Shown in pieces: positions 36,911 to 49,552 of a stretch of DNA of 64,000 bases; the stretch's first letter is position 1; every line of letters begins with the position of its first letter. Made by a program: the position numbers and the translations under genes. The DNA lies in NCBI GenBank assembly GCA_030390025.1, contig CM059427.1, forward strand, positions 196,726,001-196,790,000, read 5' to 3'. Source of the stretch: Squalus acanthias. Its lineage: Eukaryota. The notes beneath the pieces were generated by a model that searched no databases, was not told the DNA's origin, and saw only the letters and a program-made list of their open reading frames with translations.

Positions 36911-39365
36911 CTCACTATTTACAGAATTCTTGCAGTTTAAATTCCGGAGAACTTCTTCTTTTCCACACGTGAGGTTATTCTTGCGTGTAGATGACCTGTA
37001 CATGTTAGGAAACATGGTGTCTCTCCTGGCCGTACCTGAAGTCGAACACGTGTCATAGCGGAAGCTTTGAGAAAGTGGATCGCCCCCAAACACCTCGACA
37101 TAATTCGGAACTATTTCAAGATTTCTGCTGGCTTTTTGACTTCCATTCAGCGAATTTCGTGCTTCGAAGCAACAACACGACTCCAGGTAACCATTATGGG
37201 CACCAAACCGGTTCCTGTTTTTATGAACCTTAATAGCGAGAATAATTAAAACCACGAGAAAAATAGATGAGGTTATTCCTAACGATATGACTAAGAAAAG
37301 GCTGATGTCACCAAAGGACCCAGGATCCTCAGACTGACTGCTCACGTCAGAAAGCATTTCCGTATCACCGTCTGTCAGTGATAAGATGATTGTCATTGAA
37401 GCTGAAAGCGGGGGTGAACCACTGTCTTTTGCACTGATGACCAACCTTTGCTTTGTGCCATCTTTGCTCATAATGCCACGGATTGTCCAGATTTCGCCTG
37501 TATCCGGCGAAATGGTAAAAAGTCCAGGGTCAGTCGTCTGGAGAATCTGGTAAGAGAGACGAGCATTCTGGCCAGAGTCGGCATCAGTGGCCGACACCTT
37601 GGCAACTAGATAGCCAGGTTCTGCGAATCGAGATACTGTCTCTGTTACTGTAGATCCATACTCGGGTAATGGATGCACGATCACCGGAGCATTGTCATTC
37701 TGATCAAGGATAATTACCTCACCGAGACGTTGCTGGAGAGTGGTGGGACTCCAGAGTCCGTAACCTGAACTTGGATCTGAAAATTTTTGAGACTCTCGTA
37801 GTCAAAAGATCTTTGAGAAAATATGACACCCTTTCCTGTTTGGATGTAGACGTAATTGAACACAGACTCACCCTGAACCAGAGTCGCCCTGATGGAATAG
37901 TTTAGCCGAGAGTTCTGGTTTAAATCTGGATCAAAAGCTGTCAGTGAAAAGATAGACGCTCCAATAACATTGTTCTCCATCACGTAAGCTGTATATAAAG
38001 GCTGTGCAAAGCGGGGCGCGTTATCGTTTATATCCGAAACTTCCACCAGGATGACTTTCTTGGATGTGAGGGGAGGAGACCCTGAATCACTGCAGAGGAC
38101 AGTGACTTCGTACCTCGAGGTATTTTCACGATCAAGTACCTGTTGTGTGCGCAATGTTAAGTATTTCTTGGATGATGAGTCCAGTTGAAAAGGAAGGTTA
38201 TCTGTGACTATACATTCAACCCGCCCACTTTCTCCTGAATCTTTGTCTGTTGCACTGATTAAAGCTACAACTGTCCCGGGCACCGAGTCTTCAGGAACTG
38301 GACTGAACAGGGTAGAGACAGTCACCTCAGGGGAGTTATCATTTATATCCACAATCTGAACCACTACATGACAATAAGCAGGAATTGCGTGAGGTCCCTT
38401 GTCCGATGCTTGCACATTGATTTCAACAACACTGTCCTCTTCATAGTTTAAATTCCCTTGACTCTGATTTCACCAGTTTTGGAATCCAGTCCAAACATCT
38501 CACGGATTCTAATAGAGGAATGGCGACTGAAAGAGTAAACAATCTCTCCATTGGAACCATCATCTAAATCAGTGGCATTTACTTTGATCACCAATGTTCC
38601 TTTGGGTGTATTTTCCAACAGACTGACCCTGTAAACTGACTGGGAGAACACAGGCATGTTGTCGTTCACATCTTGTACACTGATTAATATTTGTGCAGTT
38701 CCAGATCGCTCAGGGACTCCGCCGTCTTTGGCAATCAGCACTAACCTGTGACTAGATGTCTTTTCTCTATCCAGTGGTCTTTTCAAAACTAACACTGGCT
38801 CATCTTCATTCCCATTTCGTCTTTCAACATTTAAAGAGAAGTATTCGTTGGCAACCAGCTCGTACGATTGCAGGGAGTTGGTTCCTACGTCTGGGTCGTG
38901 AGCGCATTCAAGGGGATATCGCGTTCCCGGTGCGGCCAGCTCGGAGATTTCAAGGCGGAACTGGCTTTTTGGAAAAGTAGGAGCATTGTCATTTACATCC
39001 AGAATATTCACTTCAACATCGGACAGACTGAAAGGATTTTCGATCACTGTTTCTAAAGGTAGCACACACTTCTCGCTCGGTCCACAGAGCTGTTCTCTGT
39101 CAATCTTTTCCTTTACAAATAAATTACCATTGTCCAAACTTACGTCGAAATACTGCTTCGTGGACCCAGGCACAATCCGAAAGCTGCGAGCTTTGAGCTC
39201 CTTCAGGACTAAACCCAAATCGTCTGCGATATTCCCAACAATGGCGCCCAGTTGCAGTTCTTCAGGAATTGAATAGCGAATCTGTCCAGAAATTAGATCC
39301 CAGAAGGAGCATACACAGCACAACAGTGACCATTTTAACAGCCAGTGTCGTTTATAATATCTCAT
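36911..39365 (-). CDS. Clustered protocadherin variable exon V5; two 1-bp frameshifts near 38451 and 37720
   Basis: ORFs 38448..39374, 37714..38415 and 36896..37684 tile one Pcdh; breaks are aaa vs aaaa and c vs cc relative to paralogs V6/V4; ATG 39365; donor GT at 36910-36909. Confidence 0.9.
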
Positions 39366-39399
39366 TTCCAGCACAAAGCATCACAATTGTTTCAGTCCG

Positions 39400-39795
39400 A
39401 CAGCGTGCTTCGGTAATTCCTTCGAATTAATTTACTTATTTTTCCCCCAGTGAAAGTAGCGGATTACTAAAAATACGTGTGAGTTTACAAATCTGGAGAT
39501 TGCTTCTGTGCCGATCTTCTTATTTCTGCGAAAAATCACCAGAGGTTCGAATGCAAAGCTGCTCACAATGCTCACCGCCCGACGTTCAACACTAAACTGT
39601 GGCTGAACGTGCGCAATGGTGGATGGGAAGGGAAGGAGGCAGTCAGGATCTCCAGTCACATTGCAGCTTCTGATTGGTAGATGGAACATAATCACAAACA
39701 CCCAATCAGGCTTCCGAGCATTTCTTAAAGCTAGAATGTCTCGGAAAATCACTGCGCTATTTGACATTTATGGTTGCTCAATCAAAAATGCAACT
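39400..39795 (-). promoter_or_regulatory. V5 promoter (CCAAT pair 39673/39702)
   Basis: Near copy of the V4 promoter. Confidence 0.8.
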
Positions 39796-40184
39796 GAATA
39801 ATGTTTTCAAAACGTTTTGTGGATTACATTTCTCCGCTAATATAGCCTTTAATATCAGCATACAGAGTATATCATTTGCTATCCAGAAAATCCTTTAATA
39901 CACTTATTTTAGTGTATCCTAGCAGAGGATTGATAAAATCTTAAATAGGCTGCTGAAATCTAAATTCAAATATATGAAATCATACTTAATCTTGTTGTTG
40001 GCAATTGCACTCCACTTCGCAGTAATCGTAGTTTTAACGCCGACTTATTGGAACCGATATTAATATTTAACTAACTAAACTTTAAAGACATTTTTATCTT
40101 CATGAAGATTTCCTTTTACCAAAGAATAATAATGACGTGGAACAGCACTGGTATTAATTGGTACAACTAATGCTTACGTGTAGA

Positions 40185-40450
40185 GAATCGTAAAATTAGA
40201 GCTGGGCCTTTTCGGAGAAAATCAAGAAGCACTTCTTCGCTAAAAAGGTTAGCATAAATCTGGAATTCTCTCCACCAAAAGGCTGTGGCTACTGTGACAA
40301 TTGGAGCTTTTAAGAATGATATCGGTAGATTTTTATTTGGTAAGCGATGTGGAGCTAAGGCGGTTAAATGGAGTTGAGATAGAGATTACCCATGATCGAA
40401 TTGAATGGAGCAGGCTCGAGGGGCCGAATGGCCTCCTCCTGCTCTATGCT
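40185..40450 (+). mobile_element. Short CR1 3' end
   Basis: aagcacttcttc..tctggaattctctcc..gcaggctcgaggggccgaatggcc; paralogous to 51815-52088. Confidence 0.75.
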
Positions 40451-40454
40451 CCCA

Positions 40455-40760
40455 GCTCACACATTCTAGCAGAAGGATGGTTCTTGAAAAGGTACGCTAT
40501 CTATCCATTGGAACCATAGCCGAAGTGAATAGCATTTAGTGTGATTATCAGAGTTCCGTTAGCCGAGTCTTCCAACGGGCTGACCGTGTAAACTGGCTGG
40601 GAAAAATATTCCTAACAAAGCCACCCAGTAGTTTTCAGTAATCCAGTAACACATTTGTCCATAATCTAAGTAGCAGCAAGGGAGCATAAACCCTATTTTC
40701 ACTTAAGTAATGCACTACAGTAACAGCGTTCCAAGTGTTTCCGTACGGTAGCCCCCATTC
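40455..40760 (-). pseudogene. Pcdh relic psi-C (signal/EC1 start fused to an EC3 fragment)
   Basis: atattcctaacaaagccacccagt matches the psi-A EC1 start; ctgaccgtgtaaactggctgggaaaa matches the FSQSVYRV region. Confidence 0.75.
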
Positions 40761-40764
40761 AGTC

Positions 40765-41772
40765 TTTCTTTCGTATTTCAGCTTGCAAAGCAACATTAAA
40801 TTTGGACGTCCAAGTTGTTATTCACTCAATGGCCTCAGATGATACGAATCCCATCCTCCGAGGATGGATCAGAATGAGCCATGGTTCACAAGATGCTCCC
40901 ATGTTTTGAATAGTCTCCCCACAGTGGTGCACCAGGCTATCGTTCATCTTCCGTGTCAGTCACTGGCTCAGTTGGTAGCACCCTCGCCTCTGAATCAGAA
41001 GATTGTGGGTTGAAGTCCCACTCCAGAGTCTTCAGCACAAGTAAATCTAGGCTGACACTCCAATGCGAGTACTGAGCGAGTGCTACACTCTCAGAAGTGA
41101 CGTCTATCGGATGAGATGTTAAACCGAGGCCCCATCTGCTCTCTCAGGTGGACGCAAAAGATGCCTGGCCAATATTTATCCCTCAATCAACATAACAAAA
41201 ACAGATTATCTGTTCGTTATCACATTGCTGTTTGCGGGAGCTTGCTGAGCGCAAATTAGCTGCCGCGTTTACAACAGTGCTACGCTTCAAAAAGTACTTC
41301 ATTGGCTGTCAAGTGCTTTGGGACGTCAGGTGATCGTGGAAGGCGCTGTATAAATTCAAGTCTTTCTTTCTAATAATGTAGCAGATGGTATGAAATTCTG
41401 ATGCAGGTCGGAATGATCTATATATTACGTGGCATTGTGAAGCCAGGTGGGTGATCCACATGCTTCACGATCAGCTCCGAAGTCGTGTCCCCGCTGGTTC
41501 CCCACATCATCCCCCTCTTGTATTTAGTTGAGAGTTCTGAAGTTTTCAGAGTTTCGGTCGCTGACCAGGTGTGATTCTAGGACTGAAGGCGGCATCTTGA
41601 GCGCTTCTGGCGATCATTAATTGGTCGATCTGAGTTTGTTCGAGCGGGGTTTTATTCTCTGATTATTGCTGCTTCACTTCTGAGATTTGGTGGCAAGAAA
41701 TGCCCGACGATATGGAGCCAAACCGTCGGTGCTGGTTTAATAAATCTCATAGCGCTGCTCAGTTGCACAACA
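40765..41772 (-). mobile_element. Non-LTR retrotransposon 3' relic (RTE-X/I-like) in the pseudogene leader, with nested SINE
   Basis: Paralogous to 52998-53600 and 57532-58125. Confidence 0.6.
40953..41371 (+). mobile_element. SacSINE1-like SINE with internal deletion, nested in a non-LTR relic
   Basis: tggctcagttggtagc, Deu core, tctttctttc tail; flanks catcttc / ctaataatgtagc rejoin as at 53180. Confidence 0.85.
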
Positions 41773-41774
41773 AC

Positions 41775-42105
41775 AAGCTTTACTTCCTGCCCATTACAGC
41801 GTTTCAAATACCTGTACGTTTTAATGCTGAACTGATATTTTTGCCATTTTCTCCAAGACATTAGATTCATACACGAGAAAAACTCTATGCTGTATTGCGC
41901 ACCTCGCCATTTAGTTTTGCAATGTATCTAATAGTGCGTAATGACAAAAGCGCGTTGTCATGATCTCTAGTCACACTTCAGCTTCGCTTTAGTGAAAAAA
42001 AAGAACTCGTAGATTTAACGAATTACTATACTCAGCAAATCTTAAAGCTGGAGCATCTGTGCAATCCTTTGCACAAATCTATTGTTGTGCATTCAAAAAT
42101 TCTAG
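41775..42105 (-). pseudogene. Decayed promoter of psi-C
   Basis: cctcgccatttagttttgcaatg retained; CCAAT boxes mutated. Confidence 0.7.
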
Positions 42106-42241
42106 CATTCTTTTGCTATATTACTTTGGAGTTTTCCATTCTTGTACTAAGCTCTTCTTCAAGAATAGACTTACAGTAAATTTTCCAAAATTCACCACAA
42201 AAAAACCCACAGCAAATATACATTTTAAAAATACACATATT

Positions 42242-42984
42242 GGCCCAGAAATTGATCTCGCTCTGTTCCCGCGGGGGTAAGCCTTCCCCGCGATGTCTCA
42301 CCTCGCTTATGCTTTTTCTGATCCAGCTCGCACGAACTTGATGTTCCAGACATCAGCTGGGCAGTGCTTGCGTATCCCAGCGGCGCAGTTAATTCGTGCG
42401 AGCTGTGGGATCACGTGACTCAGTTAGAGCCAATGGCAGCACACCATCTTCCATTCATAAGTCTCACAGCATGGCTGTGAGACTTATGAATCTTACACCC
42501 CCCCAAAATAACAGCTAAACCTCAATTAAATTAAAAAAAAACCCATCACATTAATAAAATAAGTATAGTTAATTAAATTAACCATTTTAAATAAAAAATT
42601 AAATTTTTGAAAAAATTTAAAATCTTTTAAAAAGTTATAAAAATAAACTTACCTGTCTTTAAAGTCTATAAAAAAGATATACCTGTAAAAAAAAATTCAA
42701 AAAAATACTTAATTCACTACTTACCTTCTTAAAAGCGGGTCTTACTCCTCCTTTTTACATTTCCAAAAGCTTCCCTACTTACCTGCGCGTCCAAAGCATG
42801 AAGTGCACAGCGTGCGCGCAGCCTGTAGCGCGCACGCGATGCACTCAGGCCCCGCCCCCTTTTCGGAAGAGCAATTGCCGGTTTTCAGCGCATGCGCAGG
42901 GCATGCAGAAAACCGGCAATTGGAGTGGGAATACGCGAGAGTATGCAGTGCGTACTCTCGCGTCCCGGGATCAATTTTCGGCCC
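42242..42984. mobile_element. Non-autonomous Harbinger-like MITE copy 1
   Basis: TIRs ggcccagaaattgatc / gatcaattttcggccc; ATT on both sides; empty site near 33905. Confidence 0.88.
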
Positions 42985-43165
42985 ATTATTTCATTCTACA
43001 CTTATACGTCAAGCCAATTCTTTTCGTTAGCACTGATTACATCCACAATCATTTAAATATTATGCTTGGTATGATCGTGGTTCTGTGACAGTGAACAGTT
43101 GGGCCACTGCCTCCTGCTGCTGATACCAATTTTCGGGAATAGATGGCACAGTGAATTAGCATAAT

Positions 43166-43906
43166 GGCCCAAAAATTCGTGAGGAAGCCTCCGTGCGAGG
43201 GTAAGGCTTCCCCGCGAACTCTCACTGCGCGTTGGCTTTTTCAGTTCCAGCTCGCACGAACTTGATGTTCTGGACAGCTGCTGTGCAGTGCTTTCGTATC
43301 CCACAGGCGTAGTTAATTCGTGCGAGCTGTGGGATCACGTGACTCAGTTAGAGCCAATGGCAGCACACCATCTTCCATTCATAACTTTCACATAAGTGCT
43401 GTGAAAGCTATGAATACTATAGCCCCCCAAAATAACAGCTAAACCTCAATTAAATTTAAAAAAAACCCCATCACATTAATAAAATAAGTATAGTTAAATA
43501 AATTAACCATTTTAAATAAAAAATTAAATTTTTGAAAAAATTTAAAATCTTTTAAAAAGTTATAAAAATAAACTTACCTGTCTTTAAAGTCTCTAAAAAA
43601 GATATACCTGTTAAAAAAAATTCAAAATAATACTTAATTCACTACTTACCTTGTTAAAAGTGGGTCTTACTCCTTTTTTTATGTGTAAAATCTTCCATAC
43701 TTACCTGCGCGTTGAAACCACTAAGTGCAATGCATGCGCGCAGCCTGTAGCGCGCACGCGGTTCACCTAGGACCCGCCCCCTTTTCCATTCACCAAGTGC
43801 CGGTTTTCAGCGCATGCGCAGTGCATGCAGAAAACCGGCAATTGGAGACAGAATACGCGAGAGTACACAGTGCGAACTCTCGCGTATCAACAGAAATTTT
43901 TTGGCC
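43166..43906. mobile_element. Non-autonomous Harbinger-like MITE copy 2
   Basis: TIRs ggcccaaaaatt / aattttttggcc; flanks aat/att; empty site tagcatattgcctttt near 34071; similar to copy 1 along its length. Confidence 0.88.
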
Positions 43907-43945
43907 ATTGCCTTTTAGGACATAGATGCTCATTCCACCGTTATT

Positions 43946-44135
43946 GTTGGGAAGATTTTTTGTTTCTTCCTGATTTAAGAGTTTGATGTGAAATGAGTGA
44001 GGTTTTCAAATGAGTGCCAAATTAGAGGCAGCATTGTGCAGCGGCATTACGCCCACTGGTAACTGTGCTTTGTCTGCCCAAACTCATTTCACATCAAACT
44101 CTTAAATCCGGAAGAAACAAAAAAATCTTCCCAAC
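43946..44135. repeat. Inverted duplication with arms of about 53 bp (43946-43998 / 44082-44135)
   Basis: gttgggaagatttttt..gtgaaatgagt and its reverse complement; the loop is the inverted version of the paralog at 34170-34255. Confidence 0.9.
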
Positions 44136-45649
44136 CAAGGCTAGTGTGTTAATGTGAAATGTCACACTGGTGCTGTGGACCAGTGCTTTGAAGATGAGTT
44201 TGAGGCACCTATACAAACAAACAAGATGTGCACCACTCTGCATGTAAACTGTGCTATATTTGACCTGGGCGTGCTTCAGAATGGAAATTGCTTGAAATGG
44301 AAAAGAGATCAATTCTCTAATGCTAACTTCACTATGTTCCGAAAAAGCTGAAACACCAATAAATTTCAAATTAAATAGTGTTAGTTGTATTTCTTTCAGA
44401 ATTCAATAGAAAACGTCAGGATAAGTATTTGCTACAATTTCTGCCAACATCAAATATGTAACTAGCACTGCACCATGCACCGAGCGGAATCAACAATGAA
44501 CTAATAATTGATAATCCATCCTTACATATTCCTTTGCAGCAGTTGTGCATTCAATTACACTTTTTCTCTCTTACAAGTTCCTAACGTTTTACACGTAGTC
44601 ATTTAACAAATTGCAGCGAGCTCGTTTGAGGACATCTTCTTTTGGTGCTGATAAGCCACTTAAAGATTTAGAAATAATTAACTGTGAAAGATTACAACCT
44701 CATTATTAGGGATAACACTATGTTTAACCCACAACGCTATTGTCGGAGAGTTGATCCGTCTTTCACTATTATCCGCAGACCGTTCTTCCTCTCTTATGTT
44801 CATCACAACGTCCCTCTGCCAAACGTATCCATTGCACTGTGCTTATGTTAGCGCTCTGATCTTTTTCTTTCTCTTCCTAAACTTCAAGTATATATCTACC
44901 CACTGATTCTTCTCCCCAAATTTAGGCTAAGCGCACCGTCAGCTATTGTCCCTCAGTCTCACGCAGGACTTCAAAAGTGTGGAATGTCTTGACTCGTTCA
45001 CTTGCCTTTTTATTGCAATCTGCTAAACCCTAACTTTAGCGTCTTCTAGCCAATATTTGACTTACCTCATATTTTCACCTAATCTTCCCTATAGCGCTTG
45101 AGACTACAACTGAACTTCTCAATGTAAAACTCAAATGATGCCTTGTTTAGGGATAAATATTAGGGACAGAAATTAAAAGAAGTTCAGATGTGCAACTTTG
45201 ATCATATCTACCATTTCTCTGCCATAAACCAGATAAAAATGGAACATTGTGCTCCAATACTTCAGAGGATGTCTGTACATCCAAATCAAACTCAAAAGTG
45301 TTTTTTTTAGAATATCCTCATCGAGCAGAATCAGCAAGGATGTACTACTTGCAAATCTATCATTTATATGCTTTCGTTGCAGTTACACATTTAATCACTA
45401 TTTTCCTCTTACGTCCTGAATTTTTACAAACAGTAGTGTAACAAAATACAGCTAGCTTCTGTGAGGGCATGTTCTTATGATGCAGATAAGCCACTTAAAG
45501 AGTTTGAAAAAATATTTGTGAATTAATACAAACGCATCCTTAGGAACAAAACAATAGTCATATCCAAAACCTGTGTTTGATTGGTGATCCTTCTCTCACT
45601 ACTGGCTCCAAACTTATCTTCTTCTCTCTTTTATATCTCTACATAGAAA

Positions 45650-46552
45650 TTAAGTTAGGTGGCACAAGAAATCGTTTAGATGGGAGCAGAAAGTTAGAAA
45701 GGGACATTGATAGATTACATGAGTGGAGCAAACTGAGGAGATGCAGATCAATATGAGTAAGTTTGAGGTTATCCGCTTTGGACTGAAGGAAGAAAGAACA
45801 GAGTCCTTTCTAAATGGCACGAACTAGCAACTGTGGATCAGAAGAGAAATTTATGGGGTCCAAGTACAGAAATCACTAAAAGTTAGTAGACAGGTACAAA
45901 AAATAATTTTAAAGGCTAATTGACAGTTGGTCTTTATCTCACGAGGGCTTGAATACAAAGGGATGGAATTTATGTTCCACCTGTAGAGAGCACTGGTTAG
46001 ACCACCCCCGCCCCGCCCCTCATCTGGTGTGCTCAATTCAGTTCTGGGCACCACACCTCAGGAAGGATATATTGGCCTTGGAGAGGGTGCAGCTCAGATT
46101 TACCAGAATGATACGGGGTTAAAACGGTTAAATTATGAGAACAGGTTGGATAGACTAGGCTTGTATTCACTTGAATATAGAACATTAAGGGAAGATCTAA
46201 TTGAAGGGCTTAAGATGATTAAAGGAACTGATAAGGTAGGTAGAGAGAAACTGTTATCTTTGATGGGAGAACAAGGGGGCATAAGATTAGAACTAGATCG
46301 TTAAGGGGTGATGTCAGAAAGCACTACTTCACACAAATGGTAGTGGAAATCTGGAACTCTGCTCCCCCAAAACCTGTTGAGCTGAGGGGTCAATTGAAAA
46401 TGTCAAAACTGAGATTGATAGGTTTTTCTTATGCAAAGGTATTAAGGGTTAGAGAACTAGGTGGGTAGATGGAATTAAGATACAGATCCGCCATGTTCTA
46501 ATTGAATGGCGGAACAGGCTCGAGGTGATAAATGGACTCCTCCTGTTCCCAT
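45650..46552 (+). mobile_element. Old CR1 3' fragment (duplicate)
   Basis: Near copy of 35450-36395. Confidence 0.85.
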
Positions 46553-47095
46553 GACCCTTACAACTTTTCTATCAATTTTTTTCCATATAATTGTGCTAAT
46601 CATACTGCTCTATTTTCTTGCTTCTCCTAAACTTCAAGTATATAGCTACCACTCGTTCTTCTTCCTGAATTTAGATCAGTTGCATTGTCTCCTATTCTAA
46701 CACATTTTCATGCAGAACTTCAAAGTGTGAAATATCTTGATGCTCTCAGTCTCTTTTCAACTGCAATCTACGATAACCCAATCCTGGTGGCTTTTCGCCA
46801 ATATTTGATTCTTCTCATCTTTTCACCTATACTGTTCACTTTGTTGCTATTCTACACTATTACAATTTACACTTCACCTGGACTTCTCAACGTAAAACTC
46901 GAAGATGCCTTGTTTAGGCGTAACTATTTTGAATATAATTAGCAATATAAGTTCAGAGGTGGGACGATTACTCTTATCTGCCATTACTGGGCCATCAACT
47001 AGAAAAAGACGGAACGTTTTGCTACAATACTTCAGCGGATGTCTGTACACCCTGAATGAAACGTCAAAATGTTTTAGTTTTCAGAAGCTCCTCAC

Positions 47096-49552
47096 CTCAC
47101 GATTTACAGAGTTCTTGCAGTTTAAATTCCGAAGAACTTCTTCATTTCCACTCGTGAGGTTATTCTTGCGTGTAGATGACCTGTACATGTTAGGAAACAT
47201 GGCGTCTCTCTTGGCCGTACCTGAAGTCGAACACGTGTCATAGCGGAAGCTTTGAGAAAGTGGATCGCCCCCAAACACCTCGACATAGTTCGGACCTATT
47301 TCAAGATTTCTGCTGGCTTTTTGAATTCCATTTAGCGAATTTCGTGCTTCGAAGCAACAACATGAGTCCAGGTAACCATTATGGGCAGCAAACCGGTTCC
47401 TGTTTTTATGAACCTTAATGGCGAGAAAAATTAAAACCACGAGAAAAATAGACGAGGTTATCCCTAACGATATGACTAAGAAAAGGCTGATGTCACCAAA
47501 GGACGCAGGATCCTCAGACTGACTGCTCACGTCAGAAAGCATTTCCGTATCACCGCCTGTCAGTGATAAGATGATTGTCATTGAAGCTGAAAGCGGCGGT
47601 GATCCATTGTCTTTTGCACCGATGACCAATCTTTGCTTTGTGCCATCTTTGCTCATAATGCCACGGATTGTCCAGATTTCGCCTGTATCCGGCGAAATGG
47701 TAAAAAGTCCAGGGTCAGTCGTCTGGAGAATCTGGTAAGAGAGGCGAGCATTCTGGCCAGAGTCGGCGTCAGTGGCCGACAGCTTGGCAACTAGATAGCC
47801 AGGTTCTGCGAATCGAGATACTGTCTCTGTTACTGTAGATCCATACTCGGGTAATGGATGCACGATCACCGGAGCATTGTCATTCTGATCAAGGATAATT
47901 ACCTCCACCGAGGCGTTGCTGGAGAGTGGTGGGACTCCAGAGTCCGTAACCTGAACTTGGATCTGAAAATTTTTGAGTTTCTCGTAGTCAAAAGATCTTT
48001 GAGAAAATATGACTCCCTTTCCAGATTGGATGTAGACGTAATTGAACACAGACTCGCCCTGAACCTGAGTCGCCGCGATGGAATAGTTCAGCCTAGAGTT
48101 CTGGTTTAAATCTGGATCAAAAGCTGTCACTGAAAAGATAGACGCTCCAATAACATTGTTCTCCATCACGTAAGCTGTATATAAAGGCTGTGGAAAGTGT
48201 GGCACGTTATCGTTTATATCCGAAACCTCCACCAGGATGACTTTCTTGGATGTGAGGGGAGGAGACCCTGAATCACTGCAGAGGACAGTGACTTCGTACC
48301 TCGAGATATTTTCCCGATCAAGTACCTGTTGTGTGCGTAATGTTACGTATTTCTTGGATGATGAGTCCAGTTGAAAAGGAAGGTTATCTGTGACTTGACA
48401 TTCCACCCGCCCATTTTCTCCTGAATCTTTGTCTGTTGCACTGATTAGAGCTACAACTGTCCCGGGCACCGAGTCTTCAGGAACTGGACTGAACATTGTA
48501 GAGACAGTCACCTCAGGTGCGTTATCATTTATATCCACAATCTGAACCAGCACATCACAATAAGCAGGAACTGCGTGAGCTCCCTTGTCCATTGCTTGCA
48601 CATTGATCTCAAAAACACTGTTCTCTTCAAAGTTTAAAATTCCCTTGACTCTGATTTCACCAGTTTTGGATTCCAAACCAAACAGCTCACGGACTCTAGC
48701 TGAGGTATGGCGACTGAAAGAGTAAACAATCTCTCCATTGGAACCGTCATCTAAATCAGTGGCATTTACTTTGATCACCAATGTTCCTTTGGGTGTATCT
48801 TCCAACAGATTGACCCGATAAACTAACTGGGGGAACAAAGGCGTGTTGTCGTTCAGATCTTGTACACTGATTAATATTTGTGCAGTTCCGGAACGCTCAG
48901 GGACCCCGCCGTCTTTGGCAATCAGCACTAACCTGTGACGAGATGTCTTTTCTCTGTCCAGTGGCCTTTTCAAAACTAACACTGGCATGTCTGGATTCCC
49001 ATTTCGGCTCGCAACATTTAAAGCGAAGTACTCGTTGGCACCCAGCTGGTATGATTGCAGGGAGTTGGTTCCTACGTCTGGGTCGTGAGCGCTGTCAAGG
49101 GGATAGCGCGTTCCCGGTGCTGCCATCTCTGAGATTTCAAGGCGGAACTGGCTTTGTGGAAAAGTCGGAGCGTTATCATTTACATCGAGAACCTCCACTT
49201 CAACATCGTACAGACTGAAAGGATTTTCGATCACTGTTTGTAAAGATAACACACACGTCTCGCTCGGCCCACACAACTGTTCTCTGTCAATCTTTTCCTT
49301 TACAAATAAATTACCATTGTTCAAATTGATGTCGAAATACTGCTTTGTGGAACCAGGCACAATCCGAAAACTGCGAGCTTTGATCTCCTTCACGTCTAAA
49401 CCCAAATCGCCTGCGATATTCCCAACAAAGGCGCTCAGTTGCAGTTCTTCAGGAATTGAATAGCGAATCTGTCCAGAAATTAGGTCCCAGAAGCAGCATA
49501 CACAGCATAACAGTGACCATTTTAACAGCCAGTGTCGTTTATAATATCTCAT
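47096..49552 (-). CDS. Clustered protocadherin variable exon V6, intact
   Basis: 830-aa ORF 47081..49573; ATG 49552; donor GT at 47095-47094. Confidence 0.96.

Larger units (their letters stand above)
43135..44215 (+). mobile_element. LF-SINE-like relic interrupted by MITE copy 2 and an internal inversion
   Basis: Head at 43135-43165, body resumes at 43907, segment about 43999-44135 inverted. Confidence 0.55.

Noticed and set aside
4041-39276. Recurrent plus-strand ORFs antisense to EC1/EC2 (4041..4439, 11276..11482, 17407..17751, 27087..27515, 38986..39276) ending ..SSSGIE
   Set aside because: Mirror frames of conserved cadherin codons, mostly with non-ATG starts; their similarity is explained by the sense-strand protein
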